From positions 32,054,001 through 32,118,000 of the forward strand of contig NC_043000.1 of NCBI RefSeq assembly GCF_006345805.1: a stretch of DNA of 64,000 nt. The letters are read 5' to 3'. The notes under the pieces were generated by a model, which had not been told where the DNA came from, ran no database searches, and was given only the letters and a program-made list of their open reading frames with translations. Below are positions 12,573-25,941 of the stretch, one piece after another. Position numbers and translations under genes: made by a program. This DNA comes from Octopus sinensis (lineage: Eukaryota). The stretch's first letter is position 1; each line of letters opens with the position of its first letter.

Positions 12573-13747
12573 CGAGGGGTACCCAAAAGTAACCGAAAAT
12601 GTTCACTCTGTGGAACAAGCTCGTTGTAGTTCAGCAGGCTTCCTCCGCTAAAACTCACTTGATGCGGCACTCAAGCATCAGTATGCTGACCAGCGTCGTC
12701 GTGTGGAATCGTACTGTCACGTGGTGTCTCTTTGTTTAGCAGTGCTTCTCTGCTGTTCGTCGATTTTTGCGATGGCTGAAACGAAGGAACAGCGTGCTTC
12801 CATGAAATTCTGTTTCCTGGCGAGGAAAACGGCGGCCGAAACAGCTGTCATGCTTCAGACAGCTTACAGGAAGGCTGTCGTAAGCAAAACACAAGTTTAC
12901 AAGTGCTTTTCACTCTTTAGGAATGGTTACGAAAATCCAAAGACTGATCTTGGAGAACCGTCGCCGAACAATTGACGAACTTGTTGATATGACTGGTGTG
13001 TCCTGGAGCTCCTGCCAACGAATTTTGGGTTGATAAATTGCGAATGAAAAGAATTGCAGCCAAACCTGTGCCTCGCATGCTCAAGGAAGAACGAAAGTAG
13101 TCACGACTGAAAGTATGTCGGGAACTGAAAGAATAGTTGGAAGTTGATCCGGACCTTTATTCAAAGGTCATCACTGGTGACGAATGCTAGTGCTACCGCT
13201 AGGACCCGGAAACGAAACAGCAATCAAGTCAACGGAAGCATTCGATGTCACCACGCCCCACAAAATGCGCGTCAAGCGAAGTCCATTGACAAGACGGTAC
13301 TGATTTGTTTCATCGATGCGAAAGGAACTGTCCACAGAGAATTTGTTCCTCCTGCTCAAACTGTTAACCAGACATTTTAGTCGGAAGTTCTGAAGCGTTT
13401 GTGATACACGGTAAGACGAAAACGCTCCGACTTGCGTCAAAGTGATGTGGGACAGCTTTTGACCAAAAATGGTATGACCCCGTTTACCCTATTCACCCGA
13501 TCTTGCTCCCTGCAACACATTTTGTTCCCCTGAATGAAAAAAGTTCTTTTGCAGATGTGGAAGTGGTGAAAGAAAAACGACGGAGGCGTTAAAAAGCATC
13601 GCTTCGCAAGAATTCCAGAATTGCTTCAAACAGTGGAAAACGCGTCAGGACAGATGAATTGCTTCAAATGGAAAATATTTTGAAAGCGATAAAAGTGTAA
13701 ACATGTAAAACTAAGAGAAATTCCGGTTTCATTTGAGTATCCCCTTG
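12573..13747 (+). mobile_element. Mariner transposon, defective
   Basis: TIRs CGAGGGGTACCCAAAAGTAACCG / CCGGTTTCATTTGAGTATCCCCTTG+TA. Reads MAETKEQRASMKFCF..., TGDE and YSPDLAP, with stops and frameshifts. Confidence 0.9.
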
Positions 13748-14087
13748 TACAAATGTATGTATGTATGTTGTATGTATGTATGTATGTATGTATGTATGTA
13801 TGCATGCATGTATGTATGTATGTATGTATGTATGTATGTATGTATGCATGTATGTATTTATGTATGTATTATGTATGTATGTATGTATGTATGTATGTAT
13901 GTATACGATCCTTGGGGATCGTATACATTCCTTGGGGCTGGCCAGATTGGAGTAATCTCAAGATTAATCAGCCGAAATTGCGAGGATGATCCGGTTCTTG
14001 ACTGAAGATTAAAGGCTTCGAATGACCCGTCCGTGTTTTTTGTATCGTCTATTTGGATGTTTTGCGTTCTTGTCCCATTTTGTATTT

Positions 14088-14121
<34 letters not shown>

Positions 14122-14144
14122 GTGACGTACGTACACTTTGTTCT

Positions 14145-14186
<42 letters not shown>

Positions 14187-14217
14187 CATACACGCACGCG
14201 CGCACACACACGCACAC

Positions 14218-14330
<113 letters not shown>

Positions 14331-14642
14331 TACACATTTATATAAATATGTATGTATATAATGACCAAAGTAAGTTTCACTTCACGTGACAAAGACACTC
14401 AGTTTAACAAACATAGAGCTAAACTTAATCCATAGACGTTCATAGTCATTGAAGAAACGTCATCTCACGTTACTGGCAATTTCAATATTGCTCAGTATGG
14501 CACAAAGCAAATGAGACCATTCCTATAAGACTTAGGTGTACATCTTGTTCACATTTCCTGTCGTTTATATTTGGTTTACATTTTTCAACAATCCTCCCGT
14601 TGGTGAACAAGTTCACACTTTGTCTTTCGACTACCATATGTA

Positions 14643-14872
14643 AGGCGGCGAGCTGGCAGAATCGTTAGCACGCCGGGCGAAATGCTTTGCGGTATTTCGT
14701 CCGCCGCTGCGTTCTGAGTTCAAATTCCGCCGCGGTCGACTTTGCCTTTCATCCTTTCGGGGTCGATAAATTAAGTACCAGTTACACACTGGGGTCGTTG
14801 TAATCGACTTAATTCGTTTGTCTGTCTTTGTTTGTCCCCTGTATGTTTAGCCCCTTGTGGGTAATAAGAAAA
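14643..14872 (+). mobile_element. SINE family A, full length, 8-bp TSD
   Basis: TSD CATATGTA at 14635-14642 and 14873-14880; A- and B-box-like motifs. Confidence 0.9.
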
Positions 14873-15797
14873 CATATGTAGTTTGCTGGTTTTAAATTTT
14901 GAACCTGAAAATAATAAACCAGTAAACTATAAATGGTTTTTGAAAGAAAATTAAATAGCATAAAAATGTGGTTTCTGCACAACCGATTAATTCTGTAAAA
15001 CTCTTTGACATCAAAGGTATATTTGGACGCCAAATTGGAAGCATTCTGTGTCCACTAACATTCCGATTAGTTCCGTCTACGAAACTGATTAAGTCCATCC
15101 AAAATGAAGCAGTGTATTAATTTTGTCTGAACGACAAAAGCAGAGATACAGAATTTCCATCTAAAACTTTTAAAATTTATTTATTTTCATATTTATTTAT
15201 TCACTTATTCCTTTCCATCGTCTACTTTTTCTTTGGCTGTCTTTTTCTGCTCGTTATTTCCTTTCTTACCTCTCATTTGGCTCGTTCTGATTTAAACTCT
15301 ATAGCAGAAATACTCCTCTTCATCATTATTAGTCTACATTTTTAAAAATGCTTAGTTATAACCAAAATGATCGAGTATCAGGAGAATGAATTCTTTCAGT
15401 TTTTTTCCGCAATCAATCCCCTCGTCTCCAAAGTTGATATAAAAGATTTTGTATATTTTCCTCGGAATACTTTTAACACAAACGAAGCTGAGGCTGCTGT
15501 CTTTGTACACGAAGCAGTTCGCAAGCAGCGGTCCAGTTCACAGGCTCAGCGATAAAAGTTAGCTTGACTAACGAAAATGATCTCATCCACCTTGTATGGC
15601 ATTGAGCGATTTGAAACTGCATGTAACACGAGTCGACTTATATAATAATAATAATGAAATTATTGTATACAGTGCTTGTGCAAGTGCGCATGACGTATAT
15701 CTGCGAATATAATATACATACATACATACAGATATGTATTTGTGTATTTCTCTGTGTTTGTGTGTGTGTGTGTGAATGTGCTTGAGTGTGTGTGTGT

Positions 15798-15835
<38 letters not shown>

Positions 15836-15871
15836 TTTCCGAAGTATATCAGCGAATGATGTAAGCATAGA

Positions 15872-16891
15872 TGTTACGGAATCACCCGTCGTCGCCCGTC
15901 CCGAACGGCTCACACAAGTTCCGCCACGGAACCCAAAGAGGCGGAGAGAGGAGATACAGATAGATACTGCCACAACCTCAACAGCACAGAGATACAGAGG
16001 CACAACCCGAGATACAACCCAAAGAGGCAAGGCAACAACTGGCAACACTGGCTTATATTCAAACAACAGTTTATACGACAATTACAATTGTTACAACATC
16101 AAGATACATCAAAGCATGCACGTGACTACTCAATACATAATACAACAGCATTTCAAGAGTACAACTCAAAGCATAATACAACATCATGTAACAATTCAAG
16201 AGTACACGTCCCAAGACAACAGTTCTTTAAAGTCTCTTCCTAAACATCACAATCAACAAGTCCTTTACTCTTCTTCTTCACAATGTCCTTTATCGACCAC
16301 ATCGACAGAGTCCTTGACTGTTCTTTTCACTGTTCAATACACCGTAACACATACCTCAATTCCTAATTGAATCTGCCAGTGTCCCATTCCTCTCAATACT
16401 GCTAATTCCTCTGAATACTGCTAATTCCCTTCTGTGCCGCCAAGCTTTCTCGCATCCAACTTGCTCCTAAGAATTCCAACGCTTGCTCCTTAAATCCAAG
16501 GTCCGTCTGTCTTCTTCGAGGACCGGCCAGCGACTGCCCTTCTTGACGACCAACTGCGAACTGCTAGAACCACACTTCCTTGTCCTGCCTTTCTTCCACT
16601 CCCTCTGTACCGCTCACACCCTCTCTAACTGCCCTGGTCCTTATACCCTATCTATATCCTCAATCTGTCCCTCACTGCTTATCCTTTCTATTTGCCCTCT
16701 GCTATCGCTATCGCCTGCCAGACTCTTCCTCTCTATCTGTCCCTTTTCTCTTACACTCTATCTCTATATGCTCTCAGCCCTTAATCTGTCCTTTTTCTCT
16801 TACACTTTCCCACTGACCCTCTTATCAGCCGCACGAGGTCACAGGTCATTCCAAAACCCATTAGTCCTCCATTAGACAAAAGACTGTCACA
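15872..16891 (-). mobile_element. Probable solo LTR (about 1.0 kb)
   Basis: TGTTAC...GTCACA termini (TG..CA), strong strand asymmetry, internal short repeats, no internal genes. No TSD found. Confidence 0.5.
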
Positions 16892-19800
16892 TTTTCACCA
16901 GACATACTGGAACCATATCCACGATGTGGGTCAGAAACACTGCACTAGTTAAACCCGTAACATAGACATAAAAACAGATCAGTCGATGTTTTCGATAAAA
17001 ATACTTTGTACCACATTTGTTTTGATCGAATTCATATAGACACACAGTTGGCGGCTAAAAGGGTTATTTCACAGACTTTCGCAACGAGCCTAATATTTTG
17101 GAAAATAAAAGCTATTGTAATAATTCAGAAGCATGTATTGTGAAGAAAACTTTTCCAAGAATGCATTTTTGAGCTCTAAACAGGTGAATTTTCAAACAGC
17201 TTCGACTTACAACTTTTACCTCAGGTGTCGAGATCTGGATGAATACAGGAACTGAGATTATGGTGCAATGAGAGCAGCAGTTCTCTTCGATAAATATCAG
17301 CAGTTTTATTCCGCTTCTATATTGAACTTGGTTTCAAATTTTAGACATTATGAGATTTACGTTGCTGGCATCTTTACTAAATGATATTAAAGTTGCATCC
17401 TTACTAAACGGGATTAAAATTATCATAATTGTTTCGATGATATGAAAAAGGAAACCAGATTGATAAGCAGTGTATGAATTCACGATAGCGTGCCAATTAG
17501 TAATATAATTAGAGCGCCAGCAAATAGATTTGTTTGTACATTATTAATGAAGGGAATTTAGAAATAACAAAAGACTAGCTTTACATGCATTTTGAATGTT
17601 AAACATAAATTAATTTATCTTTTGTTTTCAGAAAATAAAGTTTGGCAGCGTAGCATTCTACAATTTGACTTCAGTTGTTGGGTCTGGAATCAAGCAAGTT
17701 TAATTATTTTCAACATGGAAGTTTCAGACAGATCTCCATAAAAGAAGGATGGCATTGCAACTGAGTTAGCGGAGGAGGAACAAGACTGTGCACTTGATGG
17801 GAAAATGTAAGAACTTCCTTCAAGAAATTTTAATCAAATAAAACAAACGGTTTACAAATACAAAGCAGAAACTGGATTATGAGTGCTATGATGAACAAAT
17901 GAAAAAATCCAAATAGTTATAATGTTGTGTTTGAAATTCTTTACAAGGGGAATGCTTTAACCGAAAAAAAACACTATCCTAAGTAAAGTACGAAAATCAC
18001 TCGATGGGTTTGCAATGAAATGACAAATGAGACTCTTAGATAAATTGTAGGACTGTGTAAAAGATGCGATAATGAATGAAAAGGTAAGAATAGGGAGTAA
18101 ATTATTTAATGATGAAAAAGTTAAATACTTGAATCTCTGCTTGGTCAGAAGGAAACGGAAGGTGAAATCTCACATGTCTGAAAACTGAGAAAAAATGAAA
18201 GACAAACTATAATATAATGCATCTCTTGCCACCAATAAAGTGATTCAGACAGTAAAGGCTTGAAGCCCACATCAGCCAGTTTCATTTATTTAACAATATA
18301 TTTTCTATACGAACACAATAGACTGATTCAGTCAGAAAAGTCTTTAGTCTTGTTCTCAGCTCAAATCTCGGCTGAATTGAATTTTTCTTTCATCCTCGAC
18401 GTCAGTAAAATAAACACCAGCCAAGTGGATTCAATCGATCATAGCCTTTCTCTACCAAATTGTCTCCTTTTAAGAAATCAATACGATGGAAGAAATCAAT
18501 CTGATGTGCACATCATCAATTTCTGTTAGCTACTATTGAGAATTGATGAAGTGAAACTTTTATGGAGATTTAACCAACATTTATGTAAATTTAAAAACAG
18601 AACGTCGGCGAGAAGAGATTTGGAAACTGATAATTCACTGAATACAAACTTAGTTTAACTTCTGGGAACCAAGTCATTTTTTAGAGAAATAACCAAGACT
18701 AGGTTTCAGAATATGACACAAAGTGGGTCGATGACTTAACTTTTTGCAGTCGAGTATCTACCAGCTGATGATCAACTCTCTTGAATTCAAGAAGTAACAA
18801 GAAAGGTAATACTCTTTAATAGTCAAGAGAATCACGTCAATGCGTTTGTAAACGAGATAATCCTATCAATTTAATAGTCAAAATAATCCTGTTAATGAAG
18901 AAGAGTTAGAGTTTATCTTTCTTCATAAATTATTATTCTAAATTGTCTGTATATTTTGCTAGAAGGTTCTATATTGCAAGATTTAAGATTATAGGTTCCA
19001 GTTAGGAGCAAAACAGGTTCATAGACTTGGTTTGCCATGAATTTTATGCCACCCTGGTGCTTCTTTAATTAAACAGTCATATGAGGAGTCTTTTGGACAA
19101 AGCACAAAATATACTTTTCTTACGAGAGGGATTTATTGACAGAAATTTACGCGCAGTTCATGTCCGGTTCTTCTATTATCGACCTCAATGAAAAGGAAAT
19201 TAATTTCAACATTGAATACTTAACACATAACTTATGACTTGAGTCATACAAGTAATGGCTGTTTCTGTTCTCTTTTCGAAGTTTCTGAGACTGTTAAAGG
19301 CAGGGAGAAAGATATCCTCAGACCAGACCGCTGGCTTGAATGCTTTCAACTCAGTAGTCTCCTCTTAAAGAATTCTAGATTCAGGTGGTGGGAGGTGTTA
19401 GGCTGAAGGATGGATGAAGTCTAACTCTTAGAAGAGGAATGGTGTTGCGAAAGGCTTCCGGTTTCCGTGTCTCAGATGTCATTCAACAGGCTTTTGTCCA
19501 TTTGAGGCTTTGATAGAAGACACGTGACCAAAGAACCATACAGTGAAATTGAACGCGAGACTATCGTTGCAAAGAGGAATTCTTGACAAAATATCCATAA
19601 ATTAAATAATGAAAGACATTTTAATCCGATGCTTTACCGTTTCTTTAGAAATAATTTCTTATATGAAAATACGAGTGAAAAAATGGTTGATTGTGATGTT
19701 CATGTCTTTTCCCAAATGTAGGAATGATACAAACTAAATGTTACCAAATATAAGATCAATATACAGTTCAATAATGCAAAATACTGATATTAGCTGATCA

Positions 19801-21174
19801 ATTTTCACTGACTTGATCTCATATCTTCGACATTGACTGTTACAGAATAAATAACCAGTTCTTTCTGTCGCGTAACGATAAAATAATGGATTTATCGTTA
19901 CTTATCGTTGTGGTAGATAAACGATTGGTTTGGAAAGACTAGGTGTGGGAGAAGTAAAATAACCAGTGTGATTGCAGCGTATTTTATTATTGAGGGTTAG
20001 CGATCTGGTCTGAGGATATGTCAGACATTAATAATATTTTGATAAACTCATGTATAAAGAGAGAGAGAGAGAGAGTGAGAGAGAGAGAGAGAGGAGAGAG
20101 AGAGAGGAGTACAGAGCCAGAGACTAAACAGATATACGAAGCTGGTGTAAAGACAGACTAGAAAGATTGGTACGAAAGAATCATAAGTACGAGACATGAG
20201 GGGGGAAAACTTGTTGAGGAAAAGAAAGAAGAATTTCTGTCAATCACTTAACCTCTCTGGTATTAGTCTGAAATATTATAGAGTAGTGTAATGTGTAATT
20301 ACATTAAAGTGGAAGGGTGTCCTTTCATTGATGATATGGCCTCTCGATGGTGGACTGTTCGTGAATGTTTGGGTGAGAGACCGTGAAAATAGCAACCACA
20401 TGTAGAAGAGGAAAGACGAAGAACCGATTCAAACACAGATAACAAGATGGAAGAATGACGTTCGTTATTCTGTAAGTAAAAACAATAAGGCAGAGAGAAA
20501 ATACAAGACTTGGAACTGAATGTACCACCGTTGACATGCAAACAGTATTTTATCATGTGTGGCATTTGAACGTTTTAGCAAAGCAACAGTGTCTCGAAGC
20601 TGAAATATATCATGATTCTCCAGAGAAAGTCAAGCCTCATCGCACATATAATAGAGAAATATCTTACGCTACAAATTACTTATGAGAAGAGGTTGAATGG
20701 AGATTTGTCTTCTTGCTAACTATAAATTGTAGGTTCGTGTTAAATGTTTTCGTCACGTTAAATCTTGCCACATGAATGCATTCGCATCGGAGAATGTAGT
20801 GAAGAATTTGATTTATAGAATAAGTGGCTGCCATAGAGGAGGATCTGCTGCTGAGATTAATTATGAATTGGAAAAGTAGAGAAGGAAAAGTGAAGTGAAA
20901 CTCATCGGATGAGTGAAAAGATAAAGAGAGAAAAGATTTGCATCGCCATAGAAAAAGGCTGAAGAGATAAGGGAAATGGGGAGAAGAAAAATGAAAATAG
21001 AAGATAAAGTTTAAAAAAAAGAAAGAAATTGTGTAGGAGATAAATAAAAGGAGAATGTTGAGACAGACAGCTATAGGGTGTGTGTGTGTTTGCATGTATA
21101 CACACAGGCACACACACACATATTTGCATATACATATATATGTATAGGTTTATATGTATGTATCCGTGTATATA

Positions 21175-21210
<36 letters not shown>

Positions 21211-21228
21211 TGTATGCGTATATATATA

Positions 21229-21458
21229 TTTCTTTACTACCCACAGGGGGCTAAACACAGAGGGGACAAACAAGGATAGACAAACGGGTTAAGTCGATTA
21301 TATCGACCCCAGTACGTAACTGGTACTTAATTTATCGACTCCGAAAGGATGAAAGGGAAAGTCGACCTCGGCGGAATTTGAACTCAGAACGTAACGGCAG
21401 ACGAAATACCGCTAAGCATTTCGCCCGGCGTGCTAACGTTTCTGCCAGATTGCCACCT
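21229..21458 (-). mobile_element. SINE family A
   Basis: Near-identical to the other family A copies. Confidence 0.9.
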
Positions 21459-21713
21459 AAAATACACCTAAATATGTATGCGTACATAGGCCCCCGAAGC
21501 TGCTTGTTCGATCCCTCTGCACAGCATATTGGGCTGTGCCTTTTAACCCTGCCCCAAGTTGGCACAAATTGCATAACTGAAATCGAGATTATGGAAGGTA
21601 AAAACTAGTCTTATAACCTGCACTAATTCATCTTTTTCACCCCCTATGCTAAACTCACGTTAATACAATGATGATTACATTAAGTGTCTACGGAGTACTC
21701 GGCCATTGATACC

Positions 21714-21946
21714 TATTTCTTTACTACCCACAAGGGGATAAACATAGAGGGGACAAACAAGGACAGACACACGGATTAAGCCGATTACATCGACCCCAGT
21801 GCGTAACTGGTACTTATTTAATCGACCCCGAAAGGATGACAGGCAAAGTCGACCTCGGCGGAATTTGAACTCAGAACGTAGCGGCAGACGAAATACCGCT
21901 ATGCATTTCGCCCGGCGTGCTAACGATTCTGCCAGCTCGCCGCCTT
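21714..21946 (-). mobile_element. SINE family A, 15-bp TSD
   Basis: TSD TCGGCCATTGATACC at 21699-21713 and 21947-21961. Confidence 0.9.
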
Positions 21947-22248
21947 TCGGCCATTGATACCATCATTCAATACATAGTTCATCTGATGAAATAGCTTGAA
22001 TACTCACTGAATACGACAATGAGTCACAGTATTCGGAGATAAGCGCTCAAGTTTCCGATTTATATAACGGGTTGTGCAGGGTTTTGAGAAGCCTTAAAAA
22101 TAATCGATAAAGGAAACCAACAAAGATTTCAGAACAACTTGTCTCAGTATTTATTCTTATATAAGTGTGTGGGAGTGGGGTGCGTGCGCATATGTGTATA
22201 TGTGCGTGTGCGTGTGTGTGCATATGTGTATGTGTGTGTGCATATATA

Positions 22249-22281
<33 letters not shown>

Positions 22282-22353
22282 ATGTATGTATATAAGAATA
22301 TATATAATATATATGTGTGTATGTATGTATATATATATGTATGTATATATATA

Positions 22354-22400
<47 letters not shown>

Positions 22401-22416
22401 TATATATGTATGTATG

Positions 22417-22479
<63 letters not shown>

Positions 22480-22493
22480 AATATATATATACA

Positions 22494-23557
22494 CGAGGGG
22501 GTACTCGAAGGAAACCGGAATTTTGCAATGTCATTTTCTCCACTTAGTTTTAGATGTCTATATTTTTACTGCCTTCTAAGTATTCCCCATTTGAAGCAAT
22601 TCATCGTTCCAGACGCGTTTTCCACTGTTTGAAGCAGTCCTGGAACTCTTGTGAAGTGATGCCTTTTAACGTTTTCATTCAAGAACTTTTTTCATTCGGG
22701 GGACGAAAAAAGTTGCAGACAGCAAGATCGGGTGAACAGGGAGGGTGGGTAAACGGGGTCATACTATATTTGGTCAAAACTTGTCTCATACTCAAAGCGG
22801 TGTGTACAGGGGCATTGTCGTGCTGAACCACCATTCCCCACTTTGTCACAAGTCGAGGCGTTTTCGTCTTACCGTGTCCCGCAGACGCTTCAGAACTTCC
22901 AACTAAAATGTCTGGTTAACATTTTTACCAAGAACAAATTCTATCTGAACAGTTCCTTTCGCATCGATGAAACAAATCAGTACCGTCTTGTCAATGGACT
23001 TCGCTCGACGCGCATTTTGTGGGGCGTGGTGACATCGAATATTCCGTTGACTTGATTGCTGTTTCATTTTTGGGTCGTAGCAGTAGCACCAGCTTTCGTC
23101 ACCAGTGATGACCTTCGAGAAAAGATCCGCATCAACACTCCCAACTGTTCATTCAGTCGTGACTGCATTTGATCTTCCTTGAGTAAGCGAGGCACAAATT
23201 TTGCTGCAATTCTTTATATTCACAACTCTTCGCTCAAAATCCGTTGGTAGAAGCTCCACGACACACCAGTCATATCAACAAGTTCATCAATTGTTCGGCG
23301 CGACTGTCCTCCTAAAACGTTTCGGCTACCGTTTTCCCCAACAGAAAACAGAATTTCATGGAAGCACTCTGTTCCATTGACGTTTTAGCCATCGCAAAAT
23401 AAAGACGCACCACATCATAGCAGAACTGCACGCGACGCCGCCATTCACCAGACTGATCTCTGAGGGTCATATCAGGAGGCTTCTAGCGGCGGAAGCCTTA
23501 ACTACAACGGGCTTGTCCTACAGAGAGCTTTTCCGGTTACTTTTGGGTACTCCCTCG
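22494..23557 (-). mobile_element. Mariner, same family as 12573-13747, internally deleted
   Basis: Same TIRs (CGAGGG.GTAC.C.AA.G.AACCGGAA). Antisense ORFs 13171-13440 and 22843-23055 are homologous. Confidence 0.9.
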
Positions 23558-23563
23558 TATATC

Positions 23564-24445
23564 TTAGGTTGGCAGCTAAGTTCCAGCCGTTGTTTTTTTT
23601 TAATTTAATTTTTTTTTAATGTGTAATAAAAAATGACAACTAATTAATCAATAACGTATTCACCCTTGTTGTTTACAACTTTTTCCCAACATTCAACAAG
23701 ATTTTCAATACCTCGTTGGTAGAAATCACCCGATTTCGACTCGAAAAATTGATCCAACCAAGCTCTCAATTCTGCATCAGTATTGAACGAAACTCAGCGC
23801 ATAGCATTTAAAAGAGATCGAAAGAGGTGGAAATCCGTTGGTGCCAAATCAGGAGAGTACAGCGGGTGTGGCAGCACTTCCAGCCATGCGTTTGAATGGC
23901 TTCCTTGGTCATATTGGCGATATGAGGGCGGGCGTTGTCGTGCATCAGAAGAACTCCATACTGCTGATTAGGTCTTTTCTCTTGAATAGATGTGTTGAGT
24001 CATTCCATCTGTTGAACATAGAGTTCCGCGTTGACCGTTTGGTTCCGTTCAAGCAATTTGTTATGGATAATCCCTTCCCAGTCCCACCATACGCACAACA
24101 TCGTTTTACACGGATGAAGATCTTACTTTACGCGTGGTGTCGCTTGTTTACCGGGGCTATGCCATTCCTGACGCTACTTCATATTGATATACAGGCACCA
24201 TTTTTCGTCGCCAGTAATGATTCCGTAAAGAAATCGTTGCTTGTGTCCATGATTTGAGCGGTAACGAGCAAGCAAACCAGCCGAGATTGTAGCTCGTTCA
24301 TTCTTGTTGCTATCACTTAAAGCATGCGGAACCCATGCACCACACTTCTGAACCTTCCCATCGAGTGAAGATGTTTCTCTAAATCAGTGTAGGGTCATTC
24401 CATTTTCTCTGCCAGTACCCTTGTCGTTTGATGATAATTTTCGCG
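23564..24445 (-). mobile_element. Mariner 3' portion (different lineage), truncated at the R4/Dong fragment
   Basis: TIR-like TTAGGTTGGCAGCTAAGTTC. Minus strand reads WVPHALSD, TGDEKWCLY, HDNARPH and YSPDLAPTDFHLF. Confidence 0.9.
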
Positions 24446-24459
24446 CAAAAGTTGGTTTA

Positions 24460-25262
24460 AGGAAGCTGACAAATACAAACAAGAAATCATACCACCTAAC
24501 AAATATGAAGAAGAAGAAGAAGAAGAAGAAGAACAACAACAACAACAACAAAGAGAAGGAGGAGGAGGAGGATGGAGAGGAGGGGGAGAAGGAGGAGGAG
24601 GAGGAGGAGGAGGAGGAGAAGAAGAAGAAGAAGAGAAGAAGAAGAAGAAGAAGAAGAAGAAGAAGAAGAAGAAAATACAACAAAAGCTATAAAGCAAATG
24701 AAATCAAAACTAAAACTAGAACAGCTACGGACCATGATAACGCGATGGCAAGAAAAGCCCCTTCATGGCAAGTAATGGACTAAACTAAATGCAAAAGAAA
24801 TAGACAAAACAAAATCCCAGCAATGGTTGAGAAGCTCAGGACTCAAAGCAGAGACAGAGGGATTTTTAATTGCAGCACAAGACCAAAGCCTCCCCACCAG
24901 AAATTACCAAAAACATGTAATGAAAAGAAATATAACAAGTAACTGCAGAATATGTGTTGATGGACAAGAAACAATAAATCATATATTCCAGAATGTGGAA
25001 TCTAAAAGCAGAAACAATTCCTATCATAGTAGATGCATTAGGCATGATAAAAAAATATTGAGACAAATACATAACAAAAATACCAGGACTTACAAACACA
25101 TATAACATACAGAAAATTGCACTACTAGGCACTGCACACATCCGTAAAACACTTTCAATATAGTAACCGTAAGAGTATCACAACAAATCACAGCACATAC
25201 CTAAAGCACACAGAGCTGCGCTCGGTAGTGAAGTGAAAGCACGCTATAAAAATAAACTACTG
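24460..25262 (+). mobile_element. R4/Dong-clade non-LTR retrotransposon 3' fragment
   Basis: WQEKPLHGK, GLKAETEGFLIAAQDQSLPTRNY, CRIC...ETINHI (zinc knuckle) and IQKIALLGTAHI. Ends in (TAA)n, the known Dong target. Confidence 0.85.
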
Positions 25263-25294
25263 AATAATATAATAAATAATAATAATATAATAAT

Positions 25295-25346
<52 letters not shown>

Positions 25347-25870
25347 GGCTCTCATGGCTTCTGATCTTAATTGATTGGAAGTGTTATCATGTACATTGTT
25401 TCTCTTGGTATAAAAGATGGGCTACAGCAAATATTCTGCTCAATACACACAGATTTGCTTGTCAGTTGTTTGACCTACCAGTTGAGCATGTCCCTTAGTG
25501 GCTGACATACGTGCATCTCTGATCACGAGCAGAAGTAGTGGGGGATTCATGGCCATGTTTTGAGAGGGATTCTTTGGAGTTTGAATGGTTCACCTCTGGA
25601 AACATAGGTGTTTCGTTCAACATCCTAAAGCAACCCTTATTCAAGGACCTTTTGAGCAGGATGGGCTACTCAACCTGAAGAAAATTCTAACTGGGCCCCA
25701 CCTGCAAGGTCATGTGCTGTTTACCTTGATATGAGATCACCATGTCCGCACATATGGTTGTGATGCATGTGCCTGGTGTACCTTTATCAGACGGGTAGTC
25801 ATGATGGTATATTGGGCTTCGTATATTTTACCCCAGTGTCACTTTGATAGCATGAACTGCTCTCTCACTC
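25347..25870 (+). mobile_element. Non-coding interspersed repeat flanked by (TAA)n; second partial copy at 49780-50081 (-)
   Basis: Shared CTCATGGCTTCTGATCTTAA..GATTGGAAGTG...GTCCCTTAGTGGCTGAC...GATCACGAGCAGAAGTA; both copies abut TAA arrays. Confidence 0.75.
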
Positions 25871-25888
25871 AATAATAATATAGTAATA

Positions 25889-25941
<53 letters not shown>

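Noticed and set aside
13905-14090. Hammerhead-like motifs (GGCTG..CAGCC-GAAA; CTGAAGA..GAATG)
   Set aside because: Neither has a complete core with stems I and III; possibly a decayed PLE terminus.
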